From an uncultured Candidatus Saccharibacteria bacterium (GTDB lineage: Bacteria > Patescibacteriota > Minisyncoccia > Phycocordibacterales > UBA12088): DNA of 64,000 nt. The notes below the pieces were generated by a model. The model was given only the letters and a program-made list of their open reading frames with translations. It did not search any database and was not told where the DNA came from. The DNA lies in contig CAYLHB010000001.1 in NCBI GenBank assembly GCA_964383505.1, positions 1,232 through 65,231 of the forward strand. Reading direction: 5' to 3'. Numbering within the stretch: the stretch's first letter is position 1; each line of letters opens with the position of its first letter. This document shows positions 1 through 8,790 of the stretch, piece by piece. The position numbers and the translations under genes were made by a program.

Positions 1-1013
1 GCCACTGTGTCCCCGCCACCCACCACCGAGTGCGCATCGGAATCGGCGAGCAGTTGTGCGACACTCTCGGTCTGCGTCGCAAACCCCTTTTCGTAGCTCC
101 CCAGGGGGCCGTTCCAGAGCACAAACTTCGCCCGTCGCATACGCATCCCAAGCTCGGTTATGGTTTCCGGGCCGCAGTCCACAATTGTATCCTCTGCGGA
201 AACTTCATTTGGCTTCTTCACAAACACCCCCTGTGGCCCCGTGACCGTGACATCGACGGGAAGCACCACCTTACCGCTCGCCAAAAACGGCGCGACCGCC
301 TCCGGACGCTCGGAGAGCATGGAGTGGCCCACCTCGTGCCCCTGCACCTTGAAAAAATCGTTTGCGAGTGCACCACCCACGAACACCTCGTCGTAGCGGT
401 TGAGTGCGGCGCCGAGGAGCGGTTCTTTCGTTTCAAACTTCGCGCCCCCGAGAATGAGGAGTGAGGGCGATTCGGGTGAGAGTGCACGCGTGAGCTCCGT
501 GATCTCCCGCTCCAAGAGAAGTCCCGCGACGCTCGGCAGTCGCGCAGGTACCCCCACGACCGACGCAGCGGGCCTGTGGGTCACTCCGAACGCGTCGTTC
601 ACAAAGTAGTCTGCGAGCCCTGCGAGCTTGTCGGCAAATGCGCCATCGTTATCTTTTTCTCCCGCATCACGTCGAAGATTTTCGAGTAAGAGCACCCCTC
701 CGGAGGGGAGTTGCTCCACCGCGGCGCGCGCTGTGTCCCCCACAAGGTCATCACAAAACTGTGCGCTCGGTATGAGTTCTTTAAGCACCGCAAAGACCGG
801 CGCGAGCGACTCGCTCGGGTCACGTCCCAAGTGAGCGATGAGAACTACGCGTGCACCGCGCTCCATGAGGTGGGTAATGGTGGGAACCGCCGACTCAATG
901 CGAAACTTATCACCCGCCACCCCGTCTTTAACGGGCACATTAAACTCAACACGCACCAGCACGCGCTTCCCCTTGAGGTCGGGGAGGTCGCGCAACGTTC
1001 TAAATTCGGCCAT
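1..1013 (-). CDS. pgk: phosphoglycerate kinase (partial: N-terminal ~337 aa; C-terminus lies beyond window start)
   Basis: Minus-strand translation from the ATG at 1013 reads MAEFRTLRDLPDLKGKRVLVRVEFNVPV..., the PGK N-terminal signature (cf. KRVxxRVDFNVP). The ORF runs off the window edge, so it is absent from the ORF track. Confidence 0.8.
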   Translation of the reverse strand, partial: MAEFRTLRDLPDLKGKRVLVRVEFNVPVKDGVAGDKFRIESAVPTITHLMERGARVVLIAHLGRDPSESLAPVFAVLKELIPSAQFCDDLVGDTARAAVEQLPSGGVLLLENLRRDAGEKDNDGAFADKLAGLADYFVNDAFGVTHRPAASVVGVPARLPSVAGLLLEREITELTRALSPESPSLLILGGAKFETKEPLLGAALNRYDEVFVGGALANDFFKVQGHEVGHSMLSERPEAVAPFLASGKVVLPVDVTVTGPQGVFVKKPNEVSAEDTIVDCGPETITELGMRMRRAKFVLWNGPLGSYEKGFATQTESVAQLLADSDAHSVVGGGDTV

Positions 1014-1022
1014 ACAAGATTG

Positions 1023-1784
1023 TTAGAGTGTTTCCACTGCGTTGATAATCTCACTGAATGCCTCGGGGTCGAGTGACGCGCTCCCCACGAGGAGGCCTTC
1101 CGCGCCTCCGTCTCGTAAAAAACCTGCCACATTTTCCGGCTTGACCGCTCCGCCGTAGAGCACCCTCGTCTTTGCGGCCGCTTTCCTACTGTACCTTTCG
1201 GTGAGTATCTTTTTTATGTAGAGCACCATCTCAAGGAGTGCATCAGGGGTAATCGCTTCATGAGCCGACTTGCCTATCGCCCAGACGGGCTCGTACGCGA
1301 TCATACAACGTGAGAGGTCGCGTTCGTTGAGTGAACCGAGTGCAGAGGTAAGTTGCTCACGCACCTCGTGCATGTACACACCGTCACTGCGCCGCTCACG
1401 CTCACCGATGCACACTACCGTACGCATACCGGAGCGCACCGCGCGCTCAACCTTGCGCGCCACCACCTCGTTTGTTTCCCCGAGCGCACGACGCTCGCTG
1501 TGACCCACGAGGACATGGGTCACGCCAAAGGGTTTGAGCATGCCTACGGTCACCTCGCCGGTGTACGGGCCTTTCTGTTCGTGCGAAACAGTTTGCACAC
1601 CCCATGAAAACTCCGCGCGTTTGCACCATTTGGTGAGCTCGGGCAAGAGCACTACCGGGGGAGCTACCACCACATCCACATGGGCGGCACGACGTACACT
1701 CGCGCGCACACCCTGAACTATGTTCTTTGCCTCTTCAAGAGTAAGAGGGTTTGCTTTCCAATTGGCGACCACGACACGCTTCAT
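1023..1784 (-). CDS. tpiA: triosephosphate isomerase
   Basis: 253 aa with TIM motifs VVANWKAN (NWKxN Lys), VLVGHSERR (catalytic His) and AYEPVWAIG (catalytic Glu loop). Stop lies 10 bp before the pgk start. Confidence 0.9.
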   Translation of the reverse strand: MKRVVVANWKANPLTLEEAKNIVQGVRASVRRAAHVDVVVAPPVVLLPELTKWCKRAEFSWGVQTVSHEQKGPYTGEVTVGMLKPFGVTHVLVGHSERRALGETNEVVARKVERAVRSGMRTVVCIGERERRSDGVYMHEVREQLTSALGSLNERDLSRCMIAYEPVWAIGKSAHEAITPDALLEMVLYIKKILTERYSRKAAAKTRVLYGGAVKPENVAGFLRDGGAEGLLVGSASLDPEAFSEIINAVETL

Positions 1785-1802
1785 GGTGTGAAGTGTACCG
1801 CG

Positions 1803-3233
1803 CTAGAAGACCTCGTGCCAGCCCAGGTAGCGGAAGTCGGGTGAGGTGAAGGGGGTAAGCGGGGGAGGACTTTTCGCAAGATTGCGGTCGTAGTAGTCGT
1901 AGCGGGTTTCAAACCCCTGTGAAAACGTTCCGCCACTGTTCCAGCGGGTTCCTGTGCGGAGTTTTGAGACCACCGTGCCGGTGGTGGTGAGCGTACCTCT
2001 CTGTCTATATGACGTGTAGTCTGTGCCACCTACATTTGATACGTTGCCATAGTTACTCCTCCCGTACGCCCCCGTTTGCGCAAAAAACACTCCACTCAAG
2101 CTCATGTTATAAGGCACGTAGAGCGGGATGAGGAGGTTGCGCTCCGCGAGCGCCGTCAACCCATCACTTCCTGTCGTGGTGGAGTAGGTAATATGGTTGA
2201 GGAGAAACATGTCAGGCGCGGGCGCATCCTTGTCATTCGCAACCACAGTAACAGGTCCCTTCACGACCCCCTCAAGCCACACTCTGTCTTTTACATAAAT
2301 AAGTCCGCACGAATCGGGAATTGTATAGGTGCCAATGAGTGACTGCTTCGTCGCAGGATTACCAAGAAGCTCGGGAAATGAGATGCTCTGGCTGGCGGGG
2401 GTCGTGCTCGTGAGCCAATTAACACTCGTCACGCGGTACACATCAACGGTGCGGTTGTTCTTGAGCACCAGGTGGTACCCAAACTTTGTTGTGTCGTCAG
2501 AATCTTTCGGGAAAAAGAGACCGCTTGAAGACGCGAGCTGTTCCATCGCATCAAAGTCGTAGTTGAAGTTTGTGAAAGGTATGTCGTTTACGGGAAATTG
2601 CCAAAGCTCCGGATGATCCCCATTGCCATACACACCCGGCGCGTTTTGCCCCGAGGTACATCCTCCCAACCTCCCAAGGTCGCACGATGAGGAGGCAACC
2701 TTGCTCGAAACGGTCGAACGGTTATCACCATCCATCCGCACGAGCGAGTTGCCGTGATAGGGACCTATGATGGTGCGATCGCTCCCAGCCCATACCGGTG
2801 AATCGATGATGTAGCTGTAGTCTGCCACGGTCGGTCGTGCAACATTTGCCACCACGGTACGCTTCACATTCGGTTCATCGAGCGTCCACCCAGTAGAAGT
2901 CGCGTGCACCACCTGCACCTTTCCGCACTGCACCTGCCCGCCGAGCTCAAGTGAGAACTTGCCGACCACCCCCACCTCAGGGTCTTCGTAATCGTGCACG
3001 TACGGCCCCGGCCCACCCGTACCATCTTGAATATCCTCCGGGTAGTGCGCCAAGTGCCACCTGTAGTACTCAATGCCCGCTTCCGCAATTTGAAGCGCCC
3101 GCTCCCCCTCGTTTTTCTGTGCGAAAAAAGAGCGCTGTGCCGCAAGATACACAGTGAGTGACGTGAGGAGCGCGGCAAATACCGCAGAAAAGACGAGAGT
3201 GAGCACAATCATGCTCCCACGTGTTTTTTTCAT
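1803..3233 (-). CDS. PilX-like minor (pseudo)pilin, large secreted protein; start chosen at MKKTRG (the ORF extends upstream to 3512)
   Basis: N-terminus MKKTRG|SMIVLTLVFSAVFAALLTSLTVYLAAQRSF is a short basic leader plus hydrophobic helix. It is followed by an ALQIAEAGIEYY motif typical of PilX N-terminal domains. It is the last gene of the pilB-pilC-pilin operon. Confidence 0.6.
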   Translation of the reverse strand: MKKTRGSMIVLTLVFSAVFAALLTSLTVYLAAQRSFFAQKNEGERALQIAEAGIEYYRWHLAHYPEDIQDGTGGPGPYVHDYEDPEVGVVGKFSLELGGQVQCGKVQVVHATSTGWTLDEPNVKRTVVANVARPTVADYSYIIDSPVWAGSDRTIIGPYHGNSLVRMDGDNRSTVSSKVASSSCDLGRLGGCTSGQNAPGVYGNGDHPELWQFPVNDIPFTNFNYDFDAMEQLASSSGLFFPKDSDDTTKFGYHLVLKNNRTVDVYRVTSVNWLTSTTPASQSISFPELLGNPATKQSLIGTYTIPDSCGLIYVKDRVWLEGVVKGPVTVVANDKDAPAPDMFLLNHITYSTTTGSDGLTALAERNLLIPLYVPYNMSLSGVFFAQTGAYGRSNYGNVSNVGGTDYTSYRQRGTLTTTGTVVSKLRTGTRWNSGGTFSQGFETRYDYYDRNLAKSPPPLTPFTSPDFRYLGWHEVF

Positions 3234-3249
3234 GTCGAAAAGGTGCATG

Positions 3250-3846
3250 TTAGTACTGACTACGTAGATTCCGAATGGACGCGCCCGACCGTATGACGGA
3301 GTCGGTAATCTGGCGTCCCGCGCCACTTGTGAGGTGAAGCTCAACCGAGACGACCCGCACATCGAGAATACCACTTGACGAGGTGAGCTCGACACCGCTC
3401 GCGTCATAGTACCTGAAGAGGGGGACGCCCTGCTCAATGTTGTGCACACCGGAGGTGAGTGCACTGAAGCTCTCCGAGCTCTGCGGGTAGCTTGAGGTTG
3501 AGGTGGGCTCAATGATGCCTCGCTCGAGCGTCTCGCCGGTAAGGCGATACCTCACCCGCTCCACGGGCACATCGCCGTCGATGTCCGCATAAAAAATAAG
3601 GCTTGTGCTCGCCATCATGACGAGCGGGTAGGATCCGTCATCCCCATAGACCGCTGAACGTACCTCGCGCGTAATACCGTGCACATGCCTCGTCGCGTCG
3701 GAGAGCGCGATCGAAGAGGCGAACTGGTGCCCATGCACCCTGTAGAGGAAACTTATAGCCTCAAAGAGCATCCCCATCACAAGACTAAAGACTGCGATGA
3801 ATACCAGCATTTCCACAAGCGTCATGCCTCTGTGTTGGTGCTTCAT
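3250..3846 (-). CDS. prepilin-type N-terminal cleavage/methylation-domain protein (PilW/GspJ-like pseudopilin)
   Basis: MKHQHRG|MTLVEMLVFIAVFSLVMGMLFEA is a class III signal peptide with the conserved Gly and Glu+5. Its stop overlaps the upstream gene by 1 bp. Confidence 0.7.
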   Translation of the reverse strand: MKHQHRGMTLVEMLVFIAVFSLVMGMLFEAISFLYRVHGHQFASSIALSDATRHVHGITREVRSAVYGDDGSYPLVMMASTSLIFYADIDGDVPVERVRYRLTGETLERGIIEPTSTSSYPQSSESFSALTSGVHNIEQGVPLFRYYDASGVELTSSSGILDVRVVSVELHLTSGAGRQITDSVIRSGASIRNLRSQY

Positions 3847-3847
3847 A

Positions 3848-5566
3848 CTATGGGGAAAGTACGATGACGTGTGTGGTCTGTCCCGATACCGCCACGGCTT
3901 CGCTGTGTTCAGTGTGCCCCGGAGCGCGTGCAGTGAGCGTGTAGGTGTCATCTGTAAGCGAGTCGAAGTAGGCAATGCCACACGCACCACTCGCAGTGCC
4001 GACCGTAACTCCCGCGCGCGAAAGCGTCACCTCTGCTCTCGGAATAAGGCCCCCGAGCGACGAGGCAACCTCAACCGAGAGCGTGTGTGCCGAGGGTAGA
4101 ACGAGCGAGAATGAGAGATCGGTCACACTGTCGGGATTAATGGTGAGCGGCACGGCCGGACACGCCTCCGCCACAGTGAGTCCGCCTTGCGGTACCACGT
4201 CGTACTGACCCCACTCAACCGTGGATGAGGTCCACTCGCCCGACGCATCGGTTGTCTCGAGTGAATCAATTTTAAGGACTGGGACACCACCATTGGTGCC
4301 GATGCTCTTGGTGAGCTCGGTCAGGCGAAACTGCTCGTTGCCCATCGGCACACCAGGCTCTAGGTAGGAGACCCGCCACGAGTCAACCGAGGGGGTCACG
4401 AGCGGGTCGGACGAGGTAAGTGTCGCTACTACACGAAGTGACGGGTACGTTGCAGAATCAAGCACTCCAAGGTCGATGGGCGACTCGGTAAAGCCCACGT
4501 CGTTCCCGGGCAGGTCGGAAGCTGGAATAGGTGCAAACCCCGATCCTGTGTCGGCGTACACTCGGTACGACACCGAGGTGAGCGCCGGTTTTGTGTCCAC
4601 GAATGATACGAGGAGCCAGCTACCGAGGGACGCGGGCGCGAATGTTACCGACTCCGCCGTGCCCGTGGGTGGGTACGTACCCGAGCTTCCCGAAAGCGAA
4701 AGCGTACCCCCTGCCGCAACAGTGTCAACCGCGCTTACGAGCCCCATTGCATTATCAAACTCATCTTCGAAGTTTCCCCATGGGGGTATGCCTTGCGTCC
4801 GTACATTGAGCGTCGCGAAACGATCGATTTTCAAAAACAGGTCAGTGGTGCTGTTTAATGAGACAGTGAGTGGGCTTGGCGAAGGGTTGGGGTTTGCGAC
4901 GGTCGGGAGGTACGTTTGTGCTCCCGAATAACCCGCTTTGGTAACGTACACCTCGTAGCCCGCACCCGCCCACGCCCCGGGCCACGCGATGGTACCGCTC
5001 GCATTGGTGGAGGCGGTCACATCAACAGACGTCGCAACGAGTGTGTTGAGCACATGCACGCTCGCTCCCTGTACGGGGTTGTTGTTCGCATCATTGATGT
5101 TCACACGAAGAATGCCCGCTCCCGCAAGCGACTCCTGCGACTTCGGCGCCACCGTGGTCACCAGTGACATGCTCTGTGGACCGGAAGGCAGGTCGTAGGT
5201 AAGCTCGACCTTGATGCGTTTGTAGTCGGCCGCGAGGGTATCACCAGCACCCGTACCATCCGCGGGGTCGTCCACATACTGAATGAGCACACGCTTGGTG
5301 TACGAGACGCCATTGTGGGTGATGGTCTCAACCTGCGGAATGTTTCCGGGTGGAAGCCCTGCTACGGTGCCGATGGAGTCGTAGGGAAGGGCGCGTATGC
5401 GCTCAATGTGCTCATTGGCAAGTGCAACGGCCGTGGTGCGGAATCGGTTCTGTTCGGCAAGACGCACCGCCCCCTGAAATGCTGCGAATAGCCCCACAAA
5501 CACAAGCACGAATATTCCCGCACCCACGATGACATCGACGAGTGAGATTCCCGCTTGGCGACCCAT
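3848..5566 (-). CDS. PilV-like giant pseudopilin (~572 aa) with Ig/CarboxypepD_reg-like repeats (alternative start at 5590)
   Basis: MGRQAG|ISLVDVIVGAGIFVLVFVGLFAAFQG is a prepilin leader followed by a long S/T/G-rich extracellular region. It sits immediately downstream of pilC. Confidence 0.65.
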   Translation of the reverse strand: MGRQAGISLVDVIVGAGIFVLVFVGLFAAFQGAVRLAEQNRFRTTAVALANEHIERIRALPYDSIGTVAGLPPGNIPQVETITHNGVSYTKRVLIQYVDDPADGTGAGDTLAADYKRIKVELTYDLPSGPQSMSLVTTVAPKSQESLAGAGILRVNINDANNNPVQGASVHVLNTLVATSVDVTASTNASGTIAWPGAWAGAGYEVYVTKAGYSGAQTYLPTVANPNPSPSPLTVSLNSTTDLFLKIDRFATLNVRTQGIPPWGNFEDEFDNAMGLVSAVDTVAAGGTLSLSGSSGTYPPTGTAESVTFAPASLGSWLLVSFVDTKPALTSVSYRVYADTGSGFAPIPASDLPGNDVGFTESPIDLGVLDSATYPSLRVVATLTSSDPLVTPSVDSWRVSYLEPGVPMGNEQFRLTELTKSIGTNGGVPVLKIDSLETTDASGEWTSSTVEWGQYDVVPQGGLTVAEACPAVPLTINPDSVTDLSFSLVLPSAHTLSVEVASSLGGLIPRAEVTLSRAGVTVGTASGACGIAYFDSLTDDTYTLTARAPGHTEHSEAVAVSGQTTHVIVLSP

Positions 5567-5596
5567 GTGTGGGATGAGGGTTGATCTCATACACTG

Positions 5597-6811
5597 TTAC
5601 TGAATGCTGTTGGTAATCGAGTAGATTGGAGAAATCATCGATACCGCGAAAAACCCGACCGCACCTCCCACAATAACCATGAGGAACGGCTCGATGATGG
5701 TGGACATATTTTTTGTTTTTTGCTCCACTTCTTTCTCGTAGTACTGGGCGACTTCTTTCAGCATGTCGCTTATTTTTCCCGTCTCGTCCCCCACCGCCAT
5801 GAGTTCACCCACCAAGGGCGGGTAGAGCTTTTCGGCGTGCATGAAGGTTTTGGAGAGAGGGGAGCCCTTCTGCACATGGTCCTTTGCCTTCGCGATTACC
5901 TCGCGAAAGTAGCTGTTCTGCACCACCTCGCCTGTGATATCGAGCGCTTGCACGATGCTCACTCCCGAGGAGAGGAGCGAGGAGAGGGTGCGACCGGTGC
6001 GCGCGGCATTCACCTCGCGCACGATGTCGCCTATGACTGGTACATGGAGAATTGCAAACTCAAACGCGCGCCGTCCGGATTTCGATTTGAGCCCCCCATA
6101 GAATCCACCTCCAATGAGCACAAGCACAATAAGTGCGATGTAGGTGTTGTTCACCATGAAGTCGGAGAGTGCGATAATGAACTGTGTGGTGACGGGAAGC
6201 TCGACATTCATGTCTTCGAAGGTTGAGGTGAGCGTAGGCACGATGAAGATCAGCATGAGTGCACCCACAATCCCGAGCACTGTCACAATAATGCCTGGGT
6301 ATATCATCGCGCCCTTTATTCTCTTTTTGAGTTCGTACGTTTTCTCGAGCTGGTCGGCCATGGTCGAGAGGGTGTCGGTGAGCGTACCGGACTCCTCACC
6401 CGCGCGCACCATCGCAATCATGATTGCCGGAAAAACCTTGCCGTAGGTCTCCATACCCTTCGAGAGGTTATCCCCTTTCTCAATGGATGCCTGGAGTCCT
6501 TTGAGCACCTCCTTGAGCTTTGCACTTCGTGCCTGCCGCTCCATTACGGCAAGTGCTCGACTCATAGAGAGCCCTGCCGCAAGCATCGCGCCGAGGTTGC
6601 GTGCAAAAATGATTTTATCGTGCTCCTTTACGCGCGAGAGAAAGGTGAACTGTATGTTGAACGAGAGTCCCTTTTTCTTCTCCTGCACAGAAACGATGGT
6701 ATTCCCCTCCTTGCGTACGAGCCCGTACACCTCAAATCGATTCGTCGCTTCAATCTCCCCCTCGTAGGGAGTTCCGTCTTCGCGCTTCGCTTTATAAATG
6801 AAAATTGGCAT
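5597..6811 (-). CDS. pilC: type IV pilus assembly platform protein PilC (GspF family)
   Basis: 404 aa; two T2SSF-type repeats and a multi-TM profile consistent with PilC/GspF. Confidence 0.9.
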   Translation of the reverse strand: MPIFIYKAKREDGTPYEGEIEATNRFEVYGLVRKEGNTIVSVQEKKKGLSFNIQFTFLSRVKEHDKIIFARNLGAMLAAGLSMSRALAVMERQARSAKLKEVLKGLQASIEKGDNLSKGMETYGKVFPAIMIAMVRAGEESGTLTDTLSTMADQLEKTYELKKRIKGAMIYPGIIVTVLGIVGALMLIFIVPTLTSTFEDMNVELPVTTQFIIALSDFMVNNTYIALIVLVLIGGGFYGGLKSKSGRRAFEFAILHVPVIGDIVREVNAARTGRTLSSLLSSGVSIVQALDITGEVVQNSYFREVIAKAKDHVQKGSPLSKTFMHAEKLYPPLVGELMAVGDETGKISDMLKEVAQYYEKEVEQKTKNMSTIIEPFLMVIVGGAVGFFAVSMISPIYSITNSIQ

Positions 6812-6820
6812 GGCACCACG

Positions 6821-8575
6821 CTACTCGCTCACCACACGAAGTACTTCCGAGATGGTAGTGGATCCTTGCGCCGCCTTGAACAAGCCGTCTTCGGGCATGG
6901 TGAGCATACCCTCGGCGCGCGCCACCCTCTCAATTTCGTTGGTACTCGCACGCTTGAGGATAAGCTCTTGAATCGTGGTCGAAACCGCGAGCACCTCGTG
7001 AATGACAAGCCGGCCCTTGTATCCGTCGGCGGATTCCTCCGATGCGACGGGTTTGTAGAAGGGGACTTCTTCGAGTTTCGCATGTTTCTCAATAACCCCC
7101 TCCTCGCGGAGCGCGCGGAGGACCGCATCAAAGTCAATGAACTTCCCGAGCGAGACCGCCTCTTCTTTGGTGAGCGTGTACTGTTCGCGTTTCCCCGCGA
7201 GCCGTCGCACGAGCCTTTGGGCGATAATCACCTTGAGCGTGGAGGTGAGGAGGAATGGCTCGATGCCCATATCGAGGAGGCGCGGCACGGTGCCCGCCGC
7301 CGAGTTGGTGTGGAGGGTCGAGAGGACTAGGTGGCCGGTGAGCGAGGCGTTCACCGCGAGCGACGCAGTCTCCCCGTCACGAATCTCGCCGACCATGATA
7401 ACGTCCGGGTCTTGACGCACGAGCGCACGCAAGCCCCGCGCAAACGTGAAGCCGATTTCCGGACGCACCTGCGTTTGATTGATGCGTGGCATCTGGTACT
7501 CAATGGGGTCTTCGATGGTCGAAATGTTGACCTCTGGAGTGTTCACAATGTCGAGCACCGTGTAGAGCGTGGTGGTCTTCCCGCTTCCCGTGGGCCCCGT
7601 GGTGAGTATCATACCGGTCGTACTTTTCGTCGCTTTATGCACGCGCTCCAAGCCCTCGCCGTGAAAACCGAGTCCCTCGAGCGAGTAGCCGCCCGCATTC
7701 TCGCGCAAGAGACGCATGACGGTCTTCTCGCCCCAGTACGTGGGGAGGAGCGACACACGGAACGAAACCTTTTCGGTATCAACTACCATTTTAAAACGAC
7801 CATCTTGGGGCATACGTTTCTCGTCGAGTTTGAGGTTTGACAGCACCTTGATGCGCGCGGTGATGGGGTCGGATGCATTTTTCGGGAGTGTCATTGCATC
7901 GTGGAGAATACCGTCAATGCGGTAGCGTACGATGAGCTCGTTTTCCAAAGGTTCGATGTGGATGTCCGACGCGTTCTGAATAATCGCGTGCTTAAGCAGG
8001 GCATTGACCACCCGCACTACAGGTAGATCTTCCGCTATCTTTTTGAGGTCGGCCTCGGACACCTCACCCCCCTCCGCATTTTCTGGCAAAATGTCGATGG
8101 ACGCGCTCTCGCGCTTAATGAGGTCCCCAAATTCGTCTTTGAGTGTCTTTTGGTACTGAATGAGGGCATGCTTGATGCTGTCCGTATCGGTGAGACGCAC
8201 AAGTATTTTGAGCCCCACCTTCTTTTTTATGAAATCAATAGATCGCAGATCGGCGGTGTCAAGCATCGCGACCTCAAGCTCTTTGGGGTGCTTTTTAAAC
8301 GCGATGATGTTGTGAGTGCGCGCAATCGGCTCTGGGATGAGAGAGAGCACCTCGAAAGGAATCTTCTCGTTCTTGAGGCTTATAAACGGCACGCCGAGCA
8401 CGTACGCCTGCATGCGGCGCAGATCATCTTCCGAAAGGTACCCCTTGGAAACAAGAACGGTCTCAGGCGGCACATCCTTTTGCTCCGCCTCTTTCTCCGC
8501 GCCCGCATACACGCTCCGCGACACGAGACCAGAATCGAGAATGAAATTTTTGAGTTGCTCTGCGGTTGTTTGCAT
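6821..8575 (-). CDS. pilB: type IV pilus assembly ATPase PilB (GspE family)
   Basis: 584 aa with Walker A GPTGSGKTTTLY, Asp box and His box (LVLSTLHTNSAAG), plus the Mg site DPIEY. Confidence 0.9.
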   Translation of the reverse strand: MQTTAEQLKNFILDSGLVSRSVYAGAEKEAEQKDVPPETVLVSKGYLSEDDLRRMQAYVLGVPFISLKNEKIPFEVLSLIPEPIARTHNIIAFKKHPKELEVAMLDTADLRSIDFIKKKVGLKILVRLTDTDSIKHALIQYQKTLKDEFGDLIKRESASIDILPENAEGGEVSEADLKKIAEDLPVVRVVNALLKHAIIQNASDIHIEPLENELIVRYRIDGILHDAMTLPKNASDPITARIKVLSNLKLDEKRMPQDGRFKMVVDTEKVSFRVSLLPTYWGEKTVMRLLRENAGGYSLEGLGFHGEGLERVHKATKSTTGMILTTGPTGSGKTTTLYTVLDIVNTPEVNISTIEDPIEYQMPRINQTQVRPEIGFTFARGLRALVRQDPDVIMVGEIRDGETASLAVNASLTGHLVLSTLHTNSAAGTVPRLLDMGIEPFLLTSTLKVIIAQRLVRRLAGKREQYTLTKEEAVSLGKFIDFDAVLRALREEGVIEKHAKLEEVPFYKPVASEESADGYKGRLVIHEVLAVSTTIQELILKRASTNEIERVARAEGMLTMPEDGLFKAAQGSTTISEVLRVVSE

Positions 8576-8644
8576 AGCACAACACGGCGCCCGCGCCTTC
8601 CATTGTCCCTATTGTACCAGCATACACCTCGCATGTGTGATGAG

Positions 8645-8704
8645 TTGTCAACAAACATATGCGGCGGGCAAAGTAGTTGACAACCCCCTCCGCCATGCTA
8701 CAAT
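8645..8704. promoter_or_regulatory. divergent promoter region pilB<->nusA built on a 9-bp inverted repeat (GTTGTCAAC ... GTTGACAAC); nusA sigma70-like promoter TTGACA(8677-8682)-16 nt-TACAAT(8699-8704)
   Basis: Near-consensus -35/-10 hexamers. Each arm of the IR contains a TTGACA-like -35 facing outward. Confidence 0.45.
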
Positions 8705-8721
8705 CACCATATCAGCAACGT

Positions 8722-8745
8722 CCCCCGAGCGGGGGCATTTTTATT
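8722..8745 (+). terminator. intrinsic-terminator-like hairpin (CCCCCGAGCGGGGG + TTTTTATT) inside the nusA 5' leader; candidate attenuator
   Basis: GC stem followed by a T-run, located between the nusA promoter (-10 at 8699) and the nusA start at 8791. Confidence 0.4.
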
Positions 8746-8790
8746 GGCATTATTCAGTAGTAGCTACCTAATACGGTATACAAACCACAT

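Noticed and set aside
711-1076. tmRNA-tag-like peptide motif ...SDENYACTAL... in a plus-strand ORF
   Set aside because: It lies antisense to the well-supported pgk coding sequence. There is no tRNA-like domain or GGGG...CCACCA termini. This is a chance match.
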